Numbered from the stretch's first letter, positions 39,139 to 49,887 are shown. The stretch is DNA of 64,000 bases from an uncultured Thermococci archaeon (GCA_964549615.1 CAZJVP010000051.1:1-64000); one strand, 5' to 3'. Numbers and translations are program-made. Notes: generated by a model from the letters alone, not told the origin.

Positions 39139-40257
39139 CTACTGGGTCTGCAGCCAATTCGCCCTCCGCCCTATCTGCGCCATCTTAACGAAGAACGAGC
39201 AGATGATGACGCCCGTCAGTGCGGTCACGACCAGGGGGGTGAGCCCCTCGGCGGGGCTGATGATGAAGTTGAGTGCCCTGTGAAGCACTATAAGGAATAT
39301 CACTAGCGATGTCCCCAGGACCATGTAGTTCCACATCCTAGCGTCCCTCTCGAAGTAGTTGTCGACCATCTTGCCAAGGATGGTCAGGACGACGATGGAC
39401 AGGATGAAGGGGAATGCGTGCACGGTGTACAGCTCGAGGAAGAACTCGGACCCGTAGTTTGGCGCGGTTATGACCCGGTATATGATCACAGCGGCGGCGA
39501 CGATGGCCAGAAGTATGGATGTCATGTAGCTGTAGAAGGTGAGGCGTCCCTCGGACCCGGTCTCCTTCAAGGTAGCGTATACCCCTTGCAGGTATCTCAG
39601 CAGAGTGGAGAAGTGCTTGTCGAGCCCGAAGCCTATCGCGAAGAGGTAGCCCCCGACGACGAAGATCACTGCAGCCAGACCCACCAGCAGCGGAGCCTCG
39701 GCCACGCTTGCGAGAGAAAAGATCACGAGCGCAAGCCCTGGAAGCCCGAGGAATGTCCTTGCCCTTTTCGGGTCGGAAGCGATCTCGGAAAGGTATCTCG
39801 TGATGATCAGGTAGGTCTCTTCCAACCTCTCGCTCTGCTTGACAACGACCCTCTCGGTCGCCGTTATGTTCACCTTGTCCTTCAGGAGAGGGATTATCTG
39901 TTCGTCCTCCAACCCGTCCGAGACGAAGATGGTCTCGTCGGGGGAGATCCTCTTCACAACCTCATCGAGTTGCCTGGATATCTTGACGTCCGACTCAACT
40001 CCAACGTCGCGGTCGCCCGTGAGGGTGGCGACCTCGACCTGCACCTTTTCCTTGTTCTTTATGGCTGACTCCGTTATCGAGTCCGCCAAGCCCACCGCCC
40101 TGAGAATGGAGTTGACATCGCTGTCCTCCGCATCGACTAGTCCAAGCTGGATGGCTGCCTTGAGGTTCTCTTCCCTTCCGATGACGGGTCCCTGCAGCCG
40201 AGCCTTCCTCCCGAGGTCATCGTCGCGGTCGACGCAGAGCACCATGATGCGCTTCAA
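39139..40257 (-). CDS. DUF373 family membrane protein
   Basis: VLCVDRDDDLG.K, DAEDSDVN, VSDG.ED, VVKQS; TTG start estimated. Confidence 0.88.
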   Translation of the reverse strand: MKRIMVLCVDRDDDLGRKARLQGPVIGREENLKAAIQLGLVDAEDSDVNSILRAVGLADSITESAIKNKEKVQVEVATLTGDRDVGVESDVKISRQLDEVVKRISPDETIFVSDGLEDEQIIPLLKDKVNITATERVVVKQSERLEETYLIITRYLSEIASDPKRARTFLGLPGLALVIFSLASVAEAPLLVGLAAVIFVVGGYLFAIGFGLDKHFSTLLRYLQGVYATLKETGSEGRLTFYSYMTSILLAIVAAAVIIYRVITAPNYGSEFFLELYTVHAFPFILSIVVLTILGKMVDNYFERDARMWNYMVLGTSLVIFLIVLHRALNFIISPAEGLTPLVVTALTGVIICSFFVKMAQIGRRANWLQTQ

Positions 40258-40602
40258 GTACCTCGGCCCCGCAAGATCTACAGCTGGCGCAAATTTTGAT
40301 AAAGGTTTCTTAGCACTTCCTCCCCAGCGTCCCATGCTATGGAAGGATGACTGCGTCTAGCCTTATCTGGGACTTTGTCCGCAGAGCTTCCTCCGTCCCC
40401 TACGCCTCGATGGCGTGATCCCTGCACCCGGTTGCCGCAGGACCAGATCGCGTATCGACGACATGAACCGCGGAGCCGCAGATGGTGCGTCTGTACCCCC
40501 CGTAGCGTTAACGCAAGCGGCAGTCCGGAAAGAATTTTATGAGGCCGGCCGAAGCTTGGTTCGGCGGTCTTCTTGGAGCGGCGGGTTTTCCAGCGTGACG
40601 GG

Positions 40603-41865
40603 ATGACCATCGTCGAGAAACTGCTCAGTTGGTCATCCGGCGCGGAGAGGGCCCGCCCGGGCATGATCGTCGAGTCGCGCCTCGATCTCGTCCTTGTGAA
40701 TGACGTGACCGGTCCCCTAGCCATCGAGCAGTTCCGAAAGATCGGCGTGGGACGGGTTTTCGATCCCTCCAGGATCGCGCTAGTGATGGATCACTATGCC
40801 CCGAACAAAGATGTCCAGTCCGCTGCCCAGTCAAAGATGCTCAGGGAGTTCGCGCGCGAAATGGGCATCAAGAGCTTCTGGGAGATCGGCCGCTGCGGCA
40901 TTGAACACGTTCTCCTTCCGGAAGAAGGCCTCGTGAAACCCGGCATGATAATCGTGGGGGCCGACTCACATACATGCACCTATGGTGCGCTGGGAGCGTT
41001 CGCGACCGGGATAGGATCAACGGAGGCGGCCGTCGCAATGGCGACCGGGAAGTGCTGGTTCCGGGTGCCGGAGTCGCAATCCTACCGCATCGACGGCCGG
41101 CTGGACAGATACGTGACGAGCAAGGACGTGATACTCACAATCATAGGGAGGATCGGCGTCGAGGGCGCTTCGTACATGTCCATGGAGTTCTCAGGCTCAA
41201 CCGTGGAGGCAATGAGCCTGGACAGTCGCGCCACGATGTGCAACATGGCCATAGAGGCGGGAGCGAAGTGCGGCATCGTCGAGCCGGACGAGGTAACGCG
41301 TCGATACGTGTCCGAAAGAACCGCGGACCTGATCGAGGTCGAGAACCTATTCAGCGACGAGGACTGCCGGTATGCCGCGACCTTCGAGTTTGCTGCCGGT
41401 GAGATCGAGCCCGTGGTGGCGCTTCCACCCCTGCCATCCAACTGCGTGCCAGCGGCCGAAGCATCGAACGTGAAGGTGGACCAGGCCTTCCTGGGCTCCT
41501 GCACCAACGGCAAACTTGAGGATCTGGCCTTGGCGGCGGAGATCCTGAAAGGCGAGACGATCCACCCGAACGTACGCATGATCGTGATCCCTGCAACCTG
41601 GAGGGTATACCGAGAGGCGATGGAGAAGGGCTATCTGTCCATCTTCCTGGACGCCGGGGCATGCATCTCCTGCCCGACCTGCGGCCCCTGCCTCGGCGGC
41701 CACATGGGCGTACTGGCCGATGGCGAGAGGTGCATAAGTTCGACGAACAGGAACTTCGTCGGCAGGATGGGAAGCCCCAGATCGGAGGTGTACCTAGCAT
41801 CTCCGGCGACGGTTGCGGCCAGCGCGATCACCGGACATGTAACCGATCCGAGGACGATACGATGA
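40603..41865 (+). CDS. leuC: 3-isopropylmalate dehydratase/homoaconitase large subunit
   Basis: GADSHTCTYGA, GSCTNG, CGPCLG, STNRNF. Confidence 0.92.
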   Translation: MTIVEKLLSWSSGAERARPGMIVESRLDLVLVNDVTGPLAIEQFRKIGVGRVFDPSRIALVMDHYAPNKDVQSAAQSKMLREFAREMGIKSFWEIGRCGIEHVLLPEEGLVKPGMIIVGADSHTCTYGALGAFATGIGSTEAAVAMATGKCWFRVPESQSYRIDGRLDRYVTSKDVILTIIGRIGVEGASYMSMEFSGSTVEAMSLDSRATMCNMAIEAGAKCGIVEPDEVTRRYVSERTADLIEVENLFSDEDCRYAATFEFAAGEIEPVVALPPLPSNCVPAAEASNVKVDQAFLGSCTNGKLEDLALAAEILKGETIHPNVRMIVIPATWRVYREAMEKGYLSIFLDAGACISCPTCGPCLGGHMGVLADGERCISSTNRNFVGRMGSPRSEVYLASPATVAASAITGHVTDPRTIR

Positions 41866-42347
41866 TCGGGAGAGCGCACGTGTTCGGCGACAACGTGAAC
41901 ACCGACGTCATAATACCGGCTGCCTACCTCAACACCTACGATCCCTTGATCTTGGGAAGGCATGCAATGGAGGGGATCGATCCTGGATTCAGCTCGAGAG
42001 TACGCAAGGGGGACATCATCGTTGCCGGAGCAAACTTCGGCTGCGGGTCAAGCAGGGAACATGCGGCGATCGCCATCAAGGCGTGCGGGATATCGGCCGT
42101 TGTTGCCTCCAGCTTCGCCCGGATATTCTTTCGGAATTCGATCAACATCGGCCTCCCTGCCCTAGTTGCGGAGGAGGCACGCTCGGTGAGGGAAGGGGAC
42201 GAGCTCGAGATCCTACTGGACGATGGTCTGATAAGGAACTTGACCAAGAACGAGGTGTACAGGTTCTCCCCGCTTCCGGAATTCGTCATCGAGATCCTCA
42301 GGGACGGAGGTTTGCTCGAGCATACAAGGAGAAGGCTTGGACGGTGA
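41862..42347 (+). CDS. leuD: 3-isopropylmalate dehydratase small subunit
   Basis: NVNTDVIIP, NFGCGSSREHA, SFARIFFRN. Confidence 0.92.
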   Translation: MIGRAHVFGDNVNTDVIIPAAYLNTYDPLILGRHAMEGIDPGFSSRVRKGDIIVAGANFGCGSSREHAAIAIKACGISAVVASSFARIFFRNSINIGLPALVAEEARSVREGDELEILLDDGLIRNLTKNEVYRFSPLPEFVIEILRDGGLLEHTRRRLGR

Positions 42348-42351
42348 TTGC

Positions 42352-43443
42352 ATGTACAAGGTTGCCGTGGTCAGGGGCGATGGTATAGGCCCCGAGGTCA
42401 TCGAGGAAGGCCTCAAGGTGCTTCGCGCGGCTTCTGAGGCTTGTGGTCTGCAGTTCGACTTCGTGGAGGCTGATGTGGGGGGCGAAACCTATCTGAGGAC
42501 TGGAAAGGTCATTCCGGATTCCTCAAGGGACATATTGGATGAGTGTGACGCCATCTATTTCGGGGCGGTTGGCCTTGAGCCGCAGCGGCTCGAGCCCGGC
42601 ATCGCCGAGCAGGCGATCTTCCAGATCAGGTTCAGCTATGACCAGTACGTTAACCTTCGCCCGACCAAGCTTTACCCTGGCCTTGAGCAGTACATCCCGT
42701 TGAGGCCGGAGATCGCGGCCAACGGCATCGACATCCTCATCGTGCGGGAGAATACCGAGGGGCTGTACTGCAGGCAGGGCGGGGTGTTGCGCGGGGAATG
42801 CCCCAGCGGCGGAGATGTGGCGACCAACCTGATGGTCTACACGCGGAAGGGCGTCGAAAGGGTGATCAGATACGCCTTCGACCTAGCCCGCAGGAAGGGC
42901 AGGAGCAGGGTGACGAACGTGGACAAGGCAAATGTCCTGGTGTGCAGCCAGTTCTGGAGGTCCATATTCCAAAATATCGCGGCCTGCTATTCCGGCATCG
43001 AAATCGAGCACGCCTACGTCGACGCCTTCACGCAGTGGGTGTTGAGAAACCCCTCCCACTACCAGGTCGTCGTGACGGAGAACATGTTCGGGGACATAAT
43101 CTCAGACCTAGTTGCGCCCCTGTCAGGGAGCCTCGGGATGATGCCGGGAGGCAACATCTGCCCGGGTGGGAAATCGATGTTTGAGCCGATCCACGGCTCG
43201 GCTCCCCGCCTTGCAGGGAGGAACGTGGCGAACCCGATCGCGACGATACTGGCCGGAAAGATGATGCTTGAGGAAGCCTTTCATGAAGTGGAAGCGGCGA
43301 ACCTGATCGAAACGGCGGTCGCCAGTGTCCTCAGTGAGGGCAAGGTGAGGACGTATGATATCTGCGGGAAGAGGCCCGGCGAGGCCGCGACCACATCCCA
43401 GATGGGAGACGCCATTGCCAGGAAGGTGCGGGAACTGGGCTAG
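42352..43443 (+). CDS. leuB: 3-isopropylmalate dehydrogenase family protein
   Basis: [37 protein letters not shown]. Confidence 0.88.
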   Translation: MYKVAVVRGDGIGPEVIEEGLKVLRAASEACGLQFDFVEADVGGETYLRTGKVIPDSSRDILDECDAIYFGAVGLEPQRLEPGIAEQAIFQIRFSYDQYVNLRPTKLYPGLEQYIPLRPEIAANGIDILIVRENTEGLYCRQGGVLRGECPSGGDVATNLMVYTRKGVERVIRYAFDLARRKGRSRVTNVDKANVLVCSQFWRSIFQNIAACYSGIEIEHAYVDAFTQWVLRNPSHYQVVVTENMFGDIISDLVAPLSGSLGMMPGGNICPGGKSMFEPIHGSAPRLAGRNVANPIATILAGKMMLEEAFHEVEAANLIETAVASVLSEGKVRTYDICGKRPGEAATTSQMGDAIARKVRELG

Positions 43444-44138
43444 CCGCCACAGATCCTCCTCTTCACGTTCGGGTCCGCCGCAGCCAGACGTCTCAGGACG
43501 TCCTCAAATGACTCGCCGGGCAGGAGCTCCCTCTTGAGATACACGCCCGTCCTTCCCACCGAGTCACGCCTCGAGAGGACCTCTATCCTCTCCTTGACGA
43601 TGTCCAGTCCAACCCCGATCTTCTTTGCCACCACGGCCTCCTGGCCCACGATGCTGGTTTCCACATGGCCGTCCGCCACTGGCTCGATGAGCATGAGTCG
43701 CTTGTCTACCCCAGGGGTTCTCAAGCCGCTCTCGATTCCCTCCAGGTCGAGGGCTCCTCCGAAGGCGTAAAACTGCTCCTCGACTGCAGTGGGCTTGACG
43801 AGCGGGAAGGTCACGGATACGTCATCCTCCAGGTAGATATGCCCCTTGATCAGGTGCCAAGGCGTCGCCTGGACGATCTCCCTCCTCAGGATGGGCAGCT
43901 CTCCCAGCGCGATCTCCACGACGTAGGACGGAACCTGGTGAAGCAAGACCACGTCCACGTCGCTCCTGCTATGCACGTCGCCCCTGGCGATGCTTCCGTG
44001 AACGTAGGGAGAGTGGTCGGCCAGCCTTCTCATGAGGAGCTTGGCACTTTCCCTCTTTTCCCTGAGAAGCGCCCAATGCGACTCCGAGTAGCGAACGATC
44101 CGCGTTGTTGGTCTTGAAACCGTCTTCTCCCTTACCAA
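43440..44138 (-). CDS. Pol-beta superfamily nucleotidyltransferase (archaeal COG2413-like)
   Basis: HGSIARGDV..SDVDV, GVDKRL, RRD.VGRTG. Confidence 0.85.
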   Translation of the reverse strand: MVREKTVSRPTTRIVRYSESHWALLREKRESAKLLMRRLADHSPYVHGSIARGDVHSRSDVDVVLLHQVPSYVVEIALGELPILRREIVQATPWHLIKGHIYLEDDVSVTFPLVKPTAVEEQFYAFGGALDLEGIESGLRTPGVDKRLMLIEPVADGHVETSIVGQEAVVAKKIGVGLDIVKERIEVLSRRDSVGRTGVYLKRELLPGESFEDVLRRLAAADPNVKRRICGG

Positions 44139-44147
44139 CCAACCAGC

Positions 44148-44549
44148 CTATTCAGCCTTCTCTTTCGGTTCGAGTATGCTGAGGACGTCCTTCCAAGCGG
44201 CATGGAAGCCCTTCTCGTATTCCCTGACGAACGGCGCGTTCCTCCTTCTCCTGAACTCGCTGACCATCTCCCTCTTCTGTTTTCCGGTGAAACTTCCGGC
44301 GAGGATTCTGAAGATAAGGGAGTCGACGTTCTTCTCAAAGACCGAGATCCTCATCCCTTCAAGGGCCTTCCTATACCCCCGGCCAAACTCGGTATCCTTA
44401 AGCTTGATGGCCTCCAACGCGGCCTCCGCCCCCTTGGCGTCCTGGGACACTAGAGACGAAACGAACTTCGTCAAAGTCTCGACGTTGCTGGATCCACCCG
44501 CAAGTCTCCTGGCCGCCATCGGATCGCTTTCCTTTAAGAAAGGGCTCAT
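44148..44549 (-). CDS. Helical hypothetical protein
   Basis: Internal repeat EFGRGYRKAL / EYEKGFHAAW. Confidence 0.7.
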   Translation of the reverse strand: MSPFLKESDPMAARRLAGGSSNVETLTKFVSSLVSQDAKGAEAALEAIKLKDTEFGRGYRKALEGMRISVFEKNVDSLIFRILAGSFTGKQKREMVSEFRRRRNAPFVREYEKGFHAAWKDVLSILEPKEKAE

Positions 44550-44563
44550 AAAAATTTGAGCGG

Positions 44564-45580
44564 ATGAGCATGTGTACGAAACTGCCCTTTGGCAAGGTTG
44601 ACCCGGAGTGCCTGACCAGGTACGTCTTCGACCGGTTGCCGCCTCCCTCGGAGAGGGTCGTCGTTGGCCCGTCCGTGGGCGAGGATGCGGCGATCATAGA
44701 TATGGGCGGGCTGGAGGGGACCTACATGGTGGTCTCGTCGGACCCGATTTCCGGCGCGGAGAGTGAGATCGGGCGATACGCGGTCCACGTCAACGCAAAC
44801 GACGTCGCCACCGCTGGGGCAAGGCCGTCCCTGTTTGCGACAAACCTGATGATGTCTAGGTCGGCGACGCCCAGAGATCTTAAGGTCCTGTTCGGCCAGA
44901 TCTGTGAGGAATGCGCGGCACTGGGGATATCGATAGTTGGAGGCCACACCGAGGTATCGCCGATCGATAGGACCATAGTCTCCTCGACGATGATCGGGTT
45001 CGTCGCGCGGGATGCACTGGCTCGCAGGCCCATCGAACCCGGGGACGTGCTGATCCTAACCAAGGGGGCGGGGATAGAGGGCACCTCGATAGTGGCGTCG
45101 AAGAGGGGGGAGGAGCTCGCCCGTCTTCTCGGACGCGGTTTGATCAGGCGCGCCCGGGCCTTCTCACGCAAGATCAGCGTGGTGCCCGAGGCGATGATCG
45201 CGGCTGAAGAACGGGTCAAGAGGATGCACGACCCGACCGAAGGAGGGGTTCTCGGCGGCCTATTGGAGATGTGCGTGGCGAGCCGAATCTCGGCTCGCGT
45301 TGATCCCGCAAGGATTCCGATCGCCCCGGAAACGAAGGCAATTTGCGAACGCCTTGGCATCGACCCGCTGAAGCTGATAGGCTCCGGCAGCCTGCTCTGC
45401 ATTTTCTCGTCCCAGGCGGCGCGGAGGGTGCAACGAAGGTTCAGCAAAGCCGGGATTCCTTCAGCGCGGATAGGGATAGTGGAGAAGGTAGGCAAACCCA
45501 AGCTCGTGCTGATCGCTGAGTCTGGCGAGGAGGAGCTGAAGCAGTTCCCGCCCGACGAGCTCTGGGGCGCTATACTGTAG
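44564..45580 (+). CDS. AIR synthase/HypE-like family protein
   Basis: GEDAA, SSDPI, NANDVA, GGHTEV, MHDPTEGG. Confidence 0.9.
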   Translation: MSMCTKLPFGKVDPECLTRYVFDRLPPPSERVVVGPSVGEDAAIIDMGGLEGTYMVVSSDPISGAESEIGRYAVHVNANDVATAGARPSLFATNLMMSRSATPRDLKVLFGQICEECAALGISIVGGHTEVSPIDRTIVSSTMIGFVARDALARRPIEPGDVLILTKGAGIEGTSIVASKRGEELARLLGRGLIRRARAFSRKISVVPEAMIAAEERVKRMHDPTEGGVLGGLLEMCVASRISARVDPARIPIAPETKAICERLGIDPLKLIGSGSLLCIFSSQAARRVQRRFSKAGIPSARIGIVEKVGKPKLVLIAESGEEELKQFPPDELWGAIL

Positions 45581-46976
45581 GCTGCACGCGTGCGCCCGGG
45601 CCCCTTAGCTTGCCCTTGGCGGCGTCGTCGGCAACGGCCAAAGCTTTCTCGTAGAGCTTCTTATCAATGAATCCCTGGCTGACCAGGTCTATCAGGCTGG
45701 TCTCGTCGATGATCTCCGTCTTTCCTGAAGGCCTGATCACGACGTCTATCTCCAGGTCGATGTAGCGAACCTTTCCGGGATAGAACTCAACGGGGGTGTT
45801 TATGTTGATGAGTCTGCCCTTCAGGAGGTCCGCGGCCGAGTAGTAGGAGTTCACATAGTACCATTCGCCCCGTACCATCTCGGTGATCGCGTAATCGCCC
45901 TCCTCGATGTCCACGTTCAAGCCGTCATATCTTCCGCTGCCCACCATCTTCCTCCTCAGTACCAGCCGGTCTTCTCCCAGTTCCTGGACGAGGCCTTTGA
46001 GGTGGATGGTCTGGCCATCGGCCTTGACATGCTCCACCGTGTAGAAGTACGTGTCCAGCCTGCTGAAGATGGCCTCCTTCAGCGCCTTGTTTGCCTCATC
46101 CCTGCCAACCTTCTCCATCAACTTCTCAGCCACGTCGACCGCCACAGAGTACGTCTCGCCCATGGACTTTATCGCGTGGTGGTTCTCCACCGTGGGAGCA
46201 ACGGAGGATCTAAGCTCATCCAGCTTGCGCCTCGCCTCGCCACCGAACTCAAAGGAGATGAACTCCTCTCCGGAATAGAGCGGGTTGGACAGGGACATCT
46301 CGACCTCGTCGGCGGCCCTTCTGAGGTTGTCGACGTCCTGGGCAAGTTGCTGCGGATCAGCTCCTTCAGCTGCAGTTCTCCAGAGCAGGCCCCACCCTTC
46401 AGGCTTCAGCTGCTTGCCCAGGGCGATGAGCTCGTCTCGCTTCGGCCCCTTGATCTTCTTGCTTACCTTCACCCCGTCGTCCGAGAGCAAGACCGCGTAC
46501 TTGCCCGGAAGGTTTATCTTCATGTCCAGGACGGGCTTCTTCCCGCCCATGGGGATGGATCTGATCTGCACCTTGATGTCCTCGTCCTCCTTGATGACGC
46601 GCGTTGTGTTGGAGAACGGTAGGTAGCCGACCTCGTCGTCGATATCGACGAAGGCAGCTTTCAGCCTGCTGTCAACCTTCTGCACAGTGCCAAGGTAGAC
46701 CGCGTTGAGATTGATCTTGGAGTCGCGCTTCACGATGTCGAGGAAGCTTTCGATCAGCGCGTCCTTGACCGCCGAGACCGCCTCCAGTTCCCCGGATACC
46801 ACTATGCCGCTTCCGTCCTCGGTGCTGTTTATCTCAGCCCCCGCCGGGGAGAGGTCCCGGTCCGATTCGAATTTCTGGGCCAGCTCCTCGGAGGCCTGGC
46901 TGAGCGTGAAGCCCTTCTCAAGGAACAGCTTGGAGAGTGCGGTCGAGTATATGCCCCTTATTCGCACGGACGTCAA
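45570..46976 (-). CDS. RNase E/G-like RNA-binding protein FAU-1 (S1 plus DUF402)
   Basis: VRIRGIYSTAL, WRTAA, NINTPVE, YIDLEIDV. Confidence 0.88.
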   Translation of the reverse strand: MTSVRIRGIYSTALSKLFLEKGFTLSQASEELAQKFESDRDLSPAGAEINSTEDGSGIVVSGELEAVSAVKDALIESFLDIVKRDSKINLNAVYLGTVQKVDSRLKAAFVDIDDEVGYLPFSNTTRVIKEDEDIKVQIRSIPMGGKKPVLDMKINLPGKYAVLLSDDGVKVSKKIKGPKRDELIALGKQLKPEGWGLLWRTAAEGADPQQLAQDVDNLRRAADEVEMSLSNPLYSGEEFISFEFGGEARRKLDELRSSVAPTVENHHAIKSMGETYSVAVDVAEKLMEKVGRDEANKALKEAIFSRLDTYFYTVEHVKADGQTIHLKGLVQELGEDRLVLRRKMVGSGRYDGLNVDIEEGDYAITEMVRGEWYYVNSYYSAADLLKGRLININTPVEFYPGKVRYIDLEIDVVIRPSGKTEIIDETSLIDLVSQGFIDKKLYEKALAVADDAAKGKLRGPGARVQPTV

Positions 46977-46992
46977 TGTTCCACCACCGGTG

Positions 46993-47118
46993 TGGGGGGG
47001 CCGGGATTCTCAGAGAAAACCTTGGTTTTCGTCTTTTGAACCCGAGTCGCCGGCTCCCATTCGGCGATTCTAAGCCGGAAGGGTGTCCAAGTTATGGACC
47101 AGACTACCCTACCCCCCC
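46993..47118 (-). tRNA. tRNA-Pro(UGG) with three introns (22/23: 47083-47093; 33/34: 47060-47071; 59/60: 47007-47034)
   Basis: Removing three BHB-bounded inserts gives GGGGGGGTAGGGTAGTCTGGTCCATCCTTCCGGCTTTGGGAGCCGGCGACTCGGGTTCAAATCCCGGCCCCCCCA; TTTTTATA box upstream. Confidence 0.88.
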
Positions 47119-47397
47119 GGGTCTCTTTGTGGTCCGGCTTGGAGCCGGCTGGTATAAAAATTCTATCATGGGCAGGCCTTCAGGGCGGATTTCACCTTCC
47201 TTGGTCGATGCTGCCCTGCTGAGCATGCCTTCGCGAAGGACATGCCATCTCATAGCCGTCAGGTTGGGCACCAACGACCTGGCTGGGCATTTGTGGGGCT
47301 CGCGCGTGGCCTCTTGAGATCGCGGAAGCGGAGGAGCGATTTATCAACGCTCGGTCGGCCTAATCGACAGTTCCTCACATTCATCTTCGGTGATGCC

Positions 47398-47790
47398 GTG
47401 GCCATCTACCAGGGTAAGTCCGGAAGGAAGAGCACGGGCGGAAGGTACAAGCCCCACCACAAGAAGCGTCGGTTCGAGCTGGGCAGGTTCCCGGCTGAGA
47501 CGCGGATAGGGGAAAGGAAGCTGCGGATCATAAGGACCAGGGGGGGCAACATCAAGCAGAGGCTGATGGCCTCACAGTTCGCCAACCTCGTGGAATCCCC
47601 GGGCCAGAAGGCGAGGCTGGTCAAGATCCTCACCGTGAAGGACAATCCCGCCAGCCGGGATTTCACAAGGAGGAACATCATCACGAAGGGAGCCATAATC
47701 GAGACGGAGGCCGGGCTGGCCCGCGTGACGTCCCGGCCCGGGCAGGACGGCGTGGTGAACGCCGTCAAGGTTGAAGCGAAAAACGCCTAG
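47398..47790 (+). CDS. rps8e: 30S ribosomal protein S8e
   Basis: [35 protein letters not shown]. Confidence 0.96.
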   Translation: MAIYQGKSGRKSTGGRYKPHHKKRRFELGRFPAETRIGERKLRIIRTRGGNIKQRLMASQFANLVESPGQKARLVKILTVKDNPASRDFTRRNIITKGAIIETEAGLARVTSRPGQDGVVNAVKVEAKNA

Positions 47791-48680
47791 GGTCTTATCC
47801 CCAGCTCGTCGATGGTCAACAGCGGCATCAGCTCGATCCCGAACTTTGACCTCAACAGCTCGGCTGCGCCCTCCTTTCTGTCCACAACGCAGGTTACCCT
47901 GACGACCCTGGCCCCCGCTGCCTGGATCGTCTCCACGCAACCCACCAGGGACCCTCCTGTGGTCGCAACATCATCGATCAGGAGCACCCTGTCTCCCTTG
48001 CCCATCTCCCCCTCCACCCGCTGCTGGGTGCCATGGGCCCTCTCGCCCTTCCTTATCATCGCGTAGGGCAGGTTTCCCCTCATCGCTACAGCGACGACCA
48101 GGGGTACGGCGCCAAGCTCGGGCCCCGCGACCATGTCGATATCCTTGAGGTAGAGTGCTTCGATGAGCCTGGAAACGAGTGAAAGAGTCCGGGGGCGTGT
48201 GATTATCCTCTTCATGTTCAGATAGTAGGTGCTCTTTCTACCTGAGGTCAGGGTGAAATCGCCGAACAAGAGGGCGTCCTGCCTCGTGATTCGTATCAGC
48301 TCCTCCTTGAGTTCATCCACGCCCAGAATTTCGTACTCGTCGTAGCAGGAGGTATATCCTTTGTGGCACGCGGGCCCGGCCTGCTCGACATCCAGCAGAA
48401 TCGAGTCTCCGTCGCAGTCGATCTTCAGACCCTTGAGGGCCTGCGTCGACCCGCTTTCCTCTCCCTTCACCCACAGTTTCCGCCTGCTCGTGCTCCAGTA
48501 GGTCACCTTTCCGGTGGTCAGGGTTGCGAGGACGGCCGCCCTGTCCATGTAGGCCTGCATGAGGATTTGGCCGGTTGCCCAATCTCGAGCGATCGCTACC
48601 ACAAGATCATTTTCCGCCAGCCTGCGCTTGAAATCGAGCCTTTCGAGCACCTTGTTGGCTTCCTGCGTGGAAAGCTTCAT
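47787..48680 (-). CDS. Fusion of phosphoribosyl-AMP cyclohydrolase (HisI) and orotate phosphoribosyltransferase (PyrE)
   Basis: LW.KGEESG, DCDGD, ACHKG..SC, then [23 protein letters not shown] in one frame. Confidence 0.9.
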   Translation of the reverse strand: MKLSTQEANKVLERLDFKRRLAENDLVVAIARDWATGQILMQAYMDRAAVLATLTTGKVTYWSTSRRKLWVKGEESGSTQALKGLKIDCDGDSILLDVEQAGPACHKGYTSCYDEYEILGVDELKEELIRITRQDALLFGDFTLTSGRKSTYYLNMKRIITRPRTLSLVSRLIEALYLKDIDMVAGPELGAVPLVVAVAMRGNLPYAMIRKGERAHGTQQRVEGEMGKGDRVLLIDDVATTGGSLVGCVETIQAAGARVVRVTCVVDRKEGAAELLRSKFGIELMPLLTIDELGIRP

Positions 48681-48897
48681 TGTCCCGCCTTTGCCGACAG
48701 GATGATTTAACGCTTTTCGACCTCGAGCTGGTCGCGTTCTAAAGATCTGCCTGCGTCTTCTCCCTAAGGCGGATCTGGCGAAATGCGAAAGGAATGATCT
48801 CTGCTTCGGCCCTGGCGCCTTCACAGTTAAGAGACGCGTTGCGTGACACGGATCGTTGGCTTGCTCTAATCGCGATCTTGGTGGAAGTCATCATGCA

Positions 48898-49887
48898 ATG
48901 CTGGGGTGGATTTCGGCCCGGTTGAAGCGGAGGAAGTCCAAGATCGCTGTGGCTCTGATCTTGATCGTGCTGATCGGACCGTTTCTCGTTCCGGTACCGC
49001 CCCTCAAAGACACGGTCCCTCCGCTAGAGCTTGCCGATCCAGACAGTCTCTTCGCGGATGTGAACGGGATATCGGTGCACTACAAGATGCGCGGCAGCGG
49101 CAAGCCCGCCATCGTACTGCTCCACGGCTTCGGCGCCAGCCTCTTTTCATGGAGGGAAGTCCTTCTTCCCCTTGCGCAGAACCACACGGTGGTTGCATTC
49201 GACAGGCCTGCCTTCGGCCTCACGGAGAGACCGCTTCGTGGGGATTGGGTCGGCGAGAACCCATACACCGCTGAGGCCCAGGTCAGGTTAACTTTTTCCC
49301 TCATGGACAGGCTGGGTATCGAGAAGGCTGTGATCGTAGGACACTCAGCAGGAAGTGCGATTGCTCTCTTAGCTGCCTTGGAGTTCCCGGCTAGGGTGCA
49401 GGCCCTAGTGTTGGTGGATCCCGCCTTGGGGTCGGGGCATGGGGGCTCCTTGATCCGCGCGCTCTGCAGCGTGCCCCAGATCCGACGTCTGGCTCCTCTG
49501 TTCGTGCGATCCATCCGGAGCTGGGGCAAGAGGATTCTCGTGCGGTCCTGGCATAACTCGTCGCGCATAACTGAAGAGATAATGGCTGGATATACGAAGC
49601 CTCTCCGCGCAAAAGACTGGGATCTGGGGCTCCTGGAGTTCGCGCTTGCAGCAAGGCCCACCAAGATCAGAGAGAAGCTTTCGTCCATCGCCCTGCCGGT
49701 CCTGGTAGTCACGGGAGACGACGATCGCGTGGTGGCGCCGGAGGAGAGTGCCCGCCTGGCGCAGGAGATGCCCAATGCCAGGTTGGCCGTGATTCCGCGT
49801 TGTGGCCATATCCCTCAAGAGGAATGTCCCCTCGCTTTCCTTGAGGCGGTGCAAGACTTCCTGCGGCGGCTGCCGTGCGTGCCATGA
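48898..49887 (+). CDS. Alpha/beta hydrolase with N-terminal membrane anchor
   Basis: HGFG, GHSAG, GDDD, CGHIP. Confidence 0.9.
   Translation: MLGWISARLKRRKSKIAVALILIVLIGPFLVPVPPLKDTVPPLELADPDSLFADVNGISVHYKMRGSGKPAIVLLHGFGASLFSWREVLLPLAQNHTVVAFDRPAFGLTERPLRGDWVGENPYTAEAQVRLTFSLMDRLGIEKAVIVGHSAGSAIALLAALEFPARVQALVLVDPALGSGHGGSLIRALCSVPQIRRLAPLFVRSIRSWGKRILVRSWHNSSRITEEIMAGYTKPLRAKDWDLGLLEFALAARPTKIREKLSSIALPVLVVTGDDDRVVAPEESARLAQEMPNARLAVIPRCGHIPQEECPLAFLEAVQDFLRRLPCVP

Noticed and set aside
40603-43443. leuCDB without leuA as an unusual pathway
   Set aside because: Split leucine/2-oxoacid elongation operons are common in archaea; specificity cannot be resolved from sequence alone
47160-47340. 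SRP RNA upstream of rps8e
   Set aside because: Only a local CCTTCGCGAAGG palindrome; too short and lacking SRP signatures
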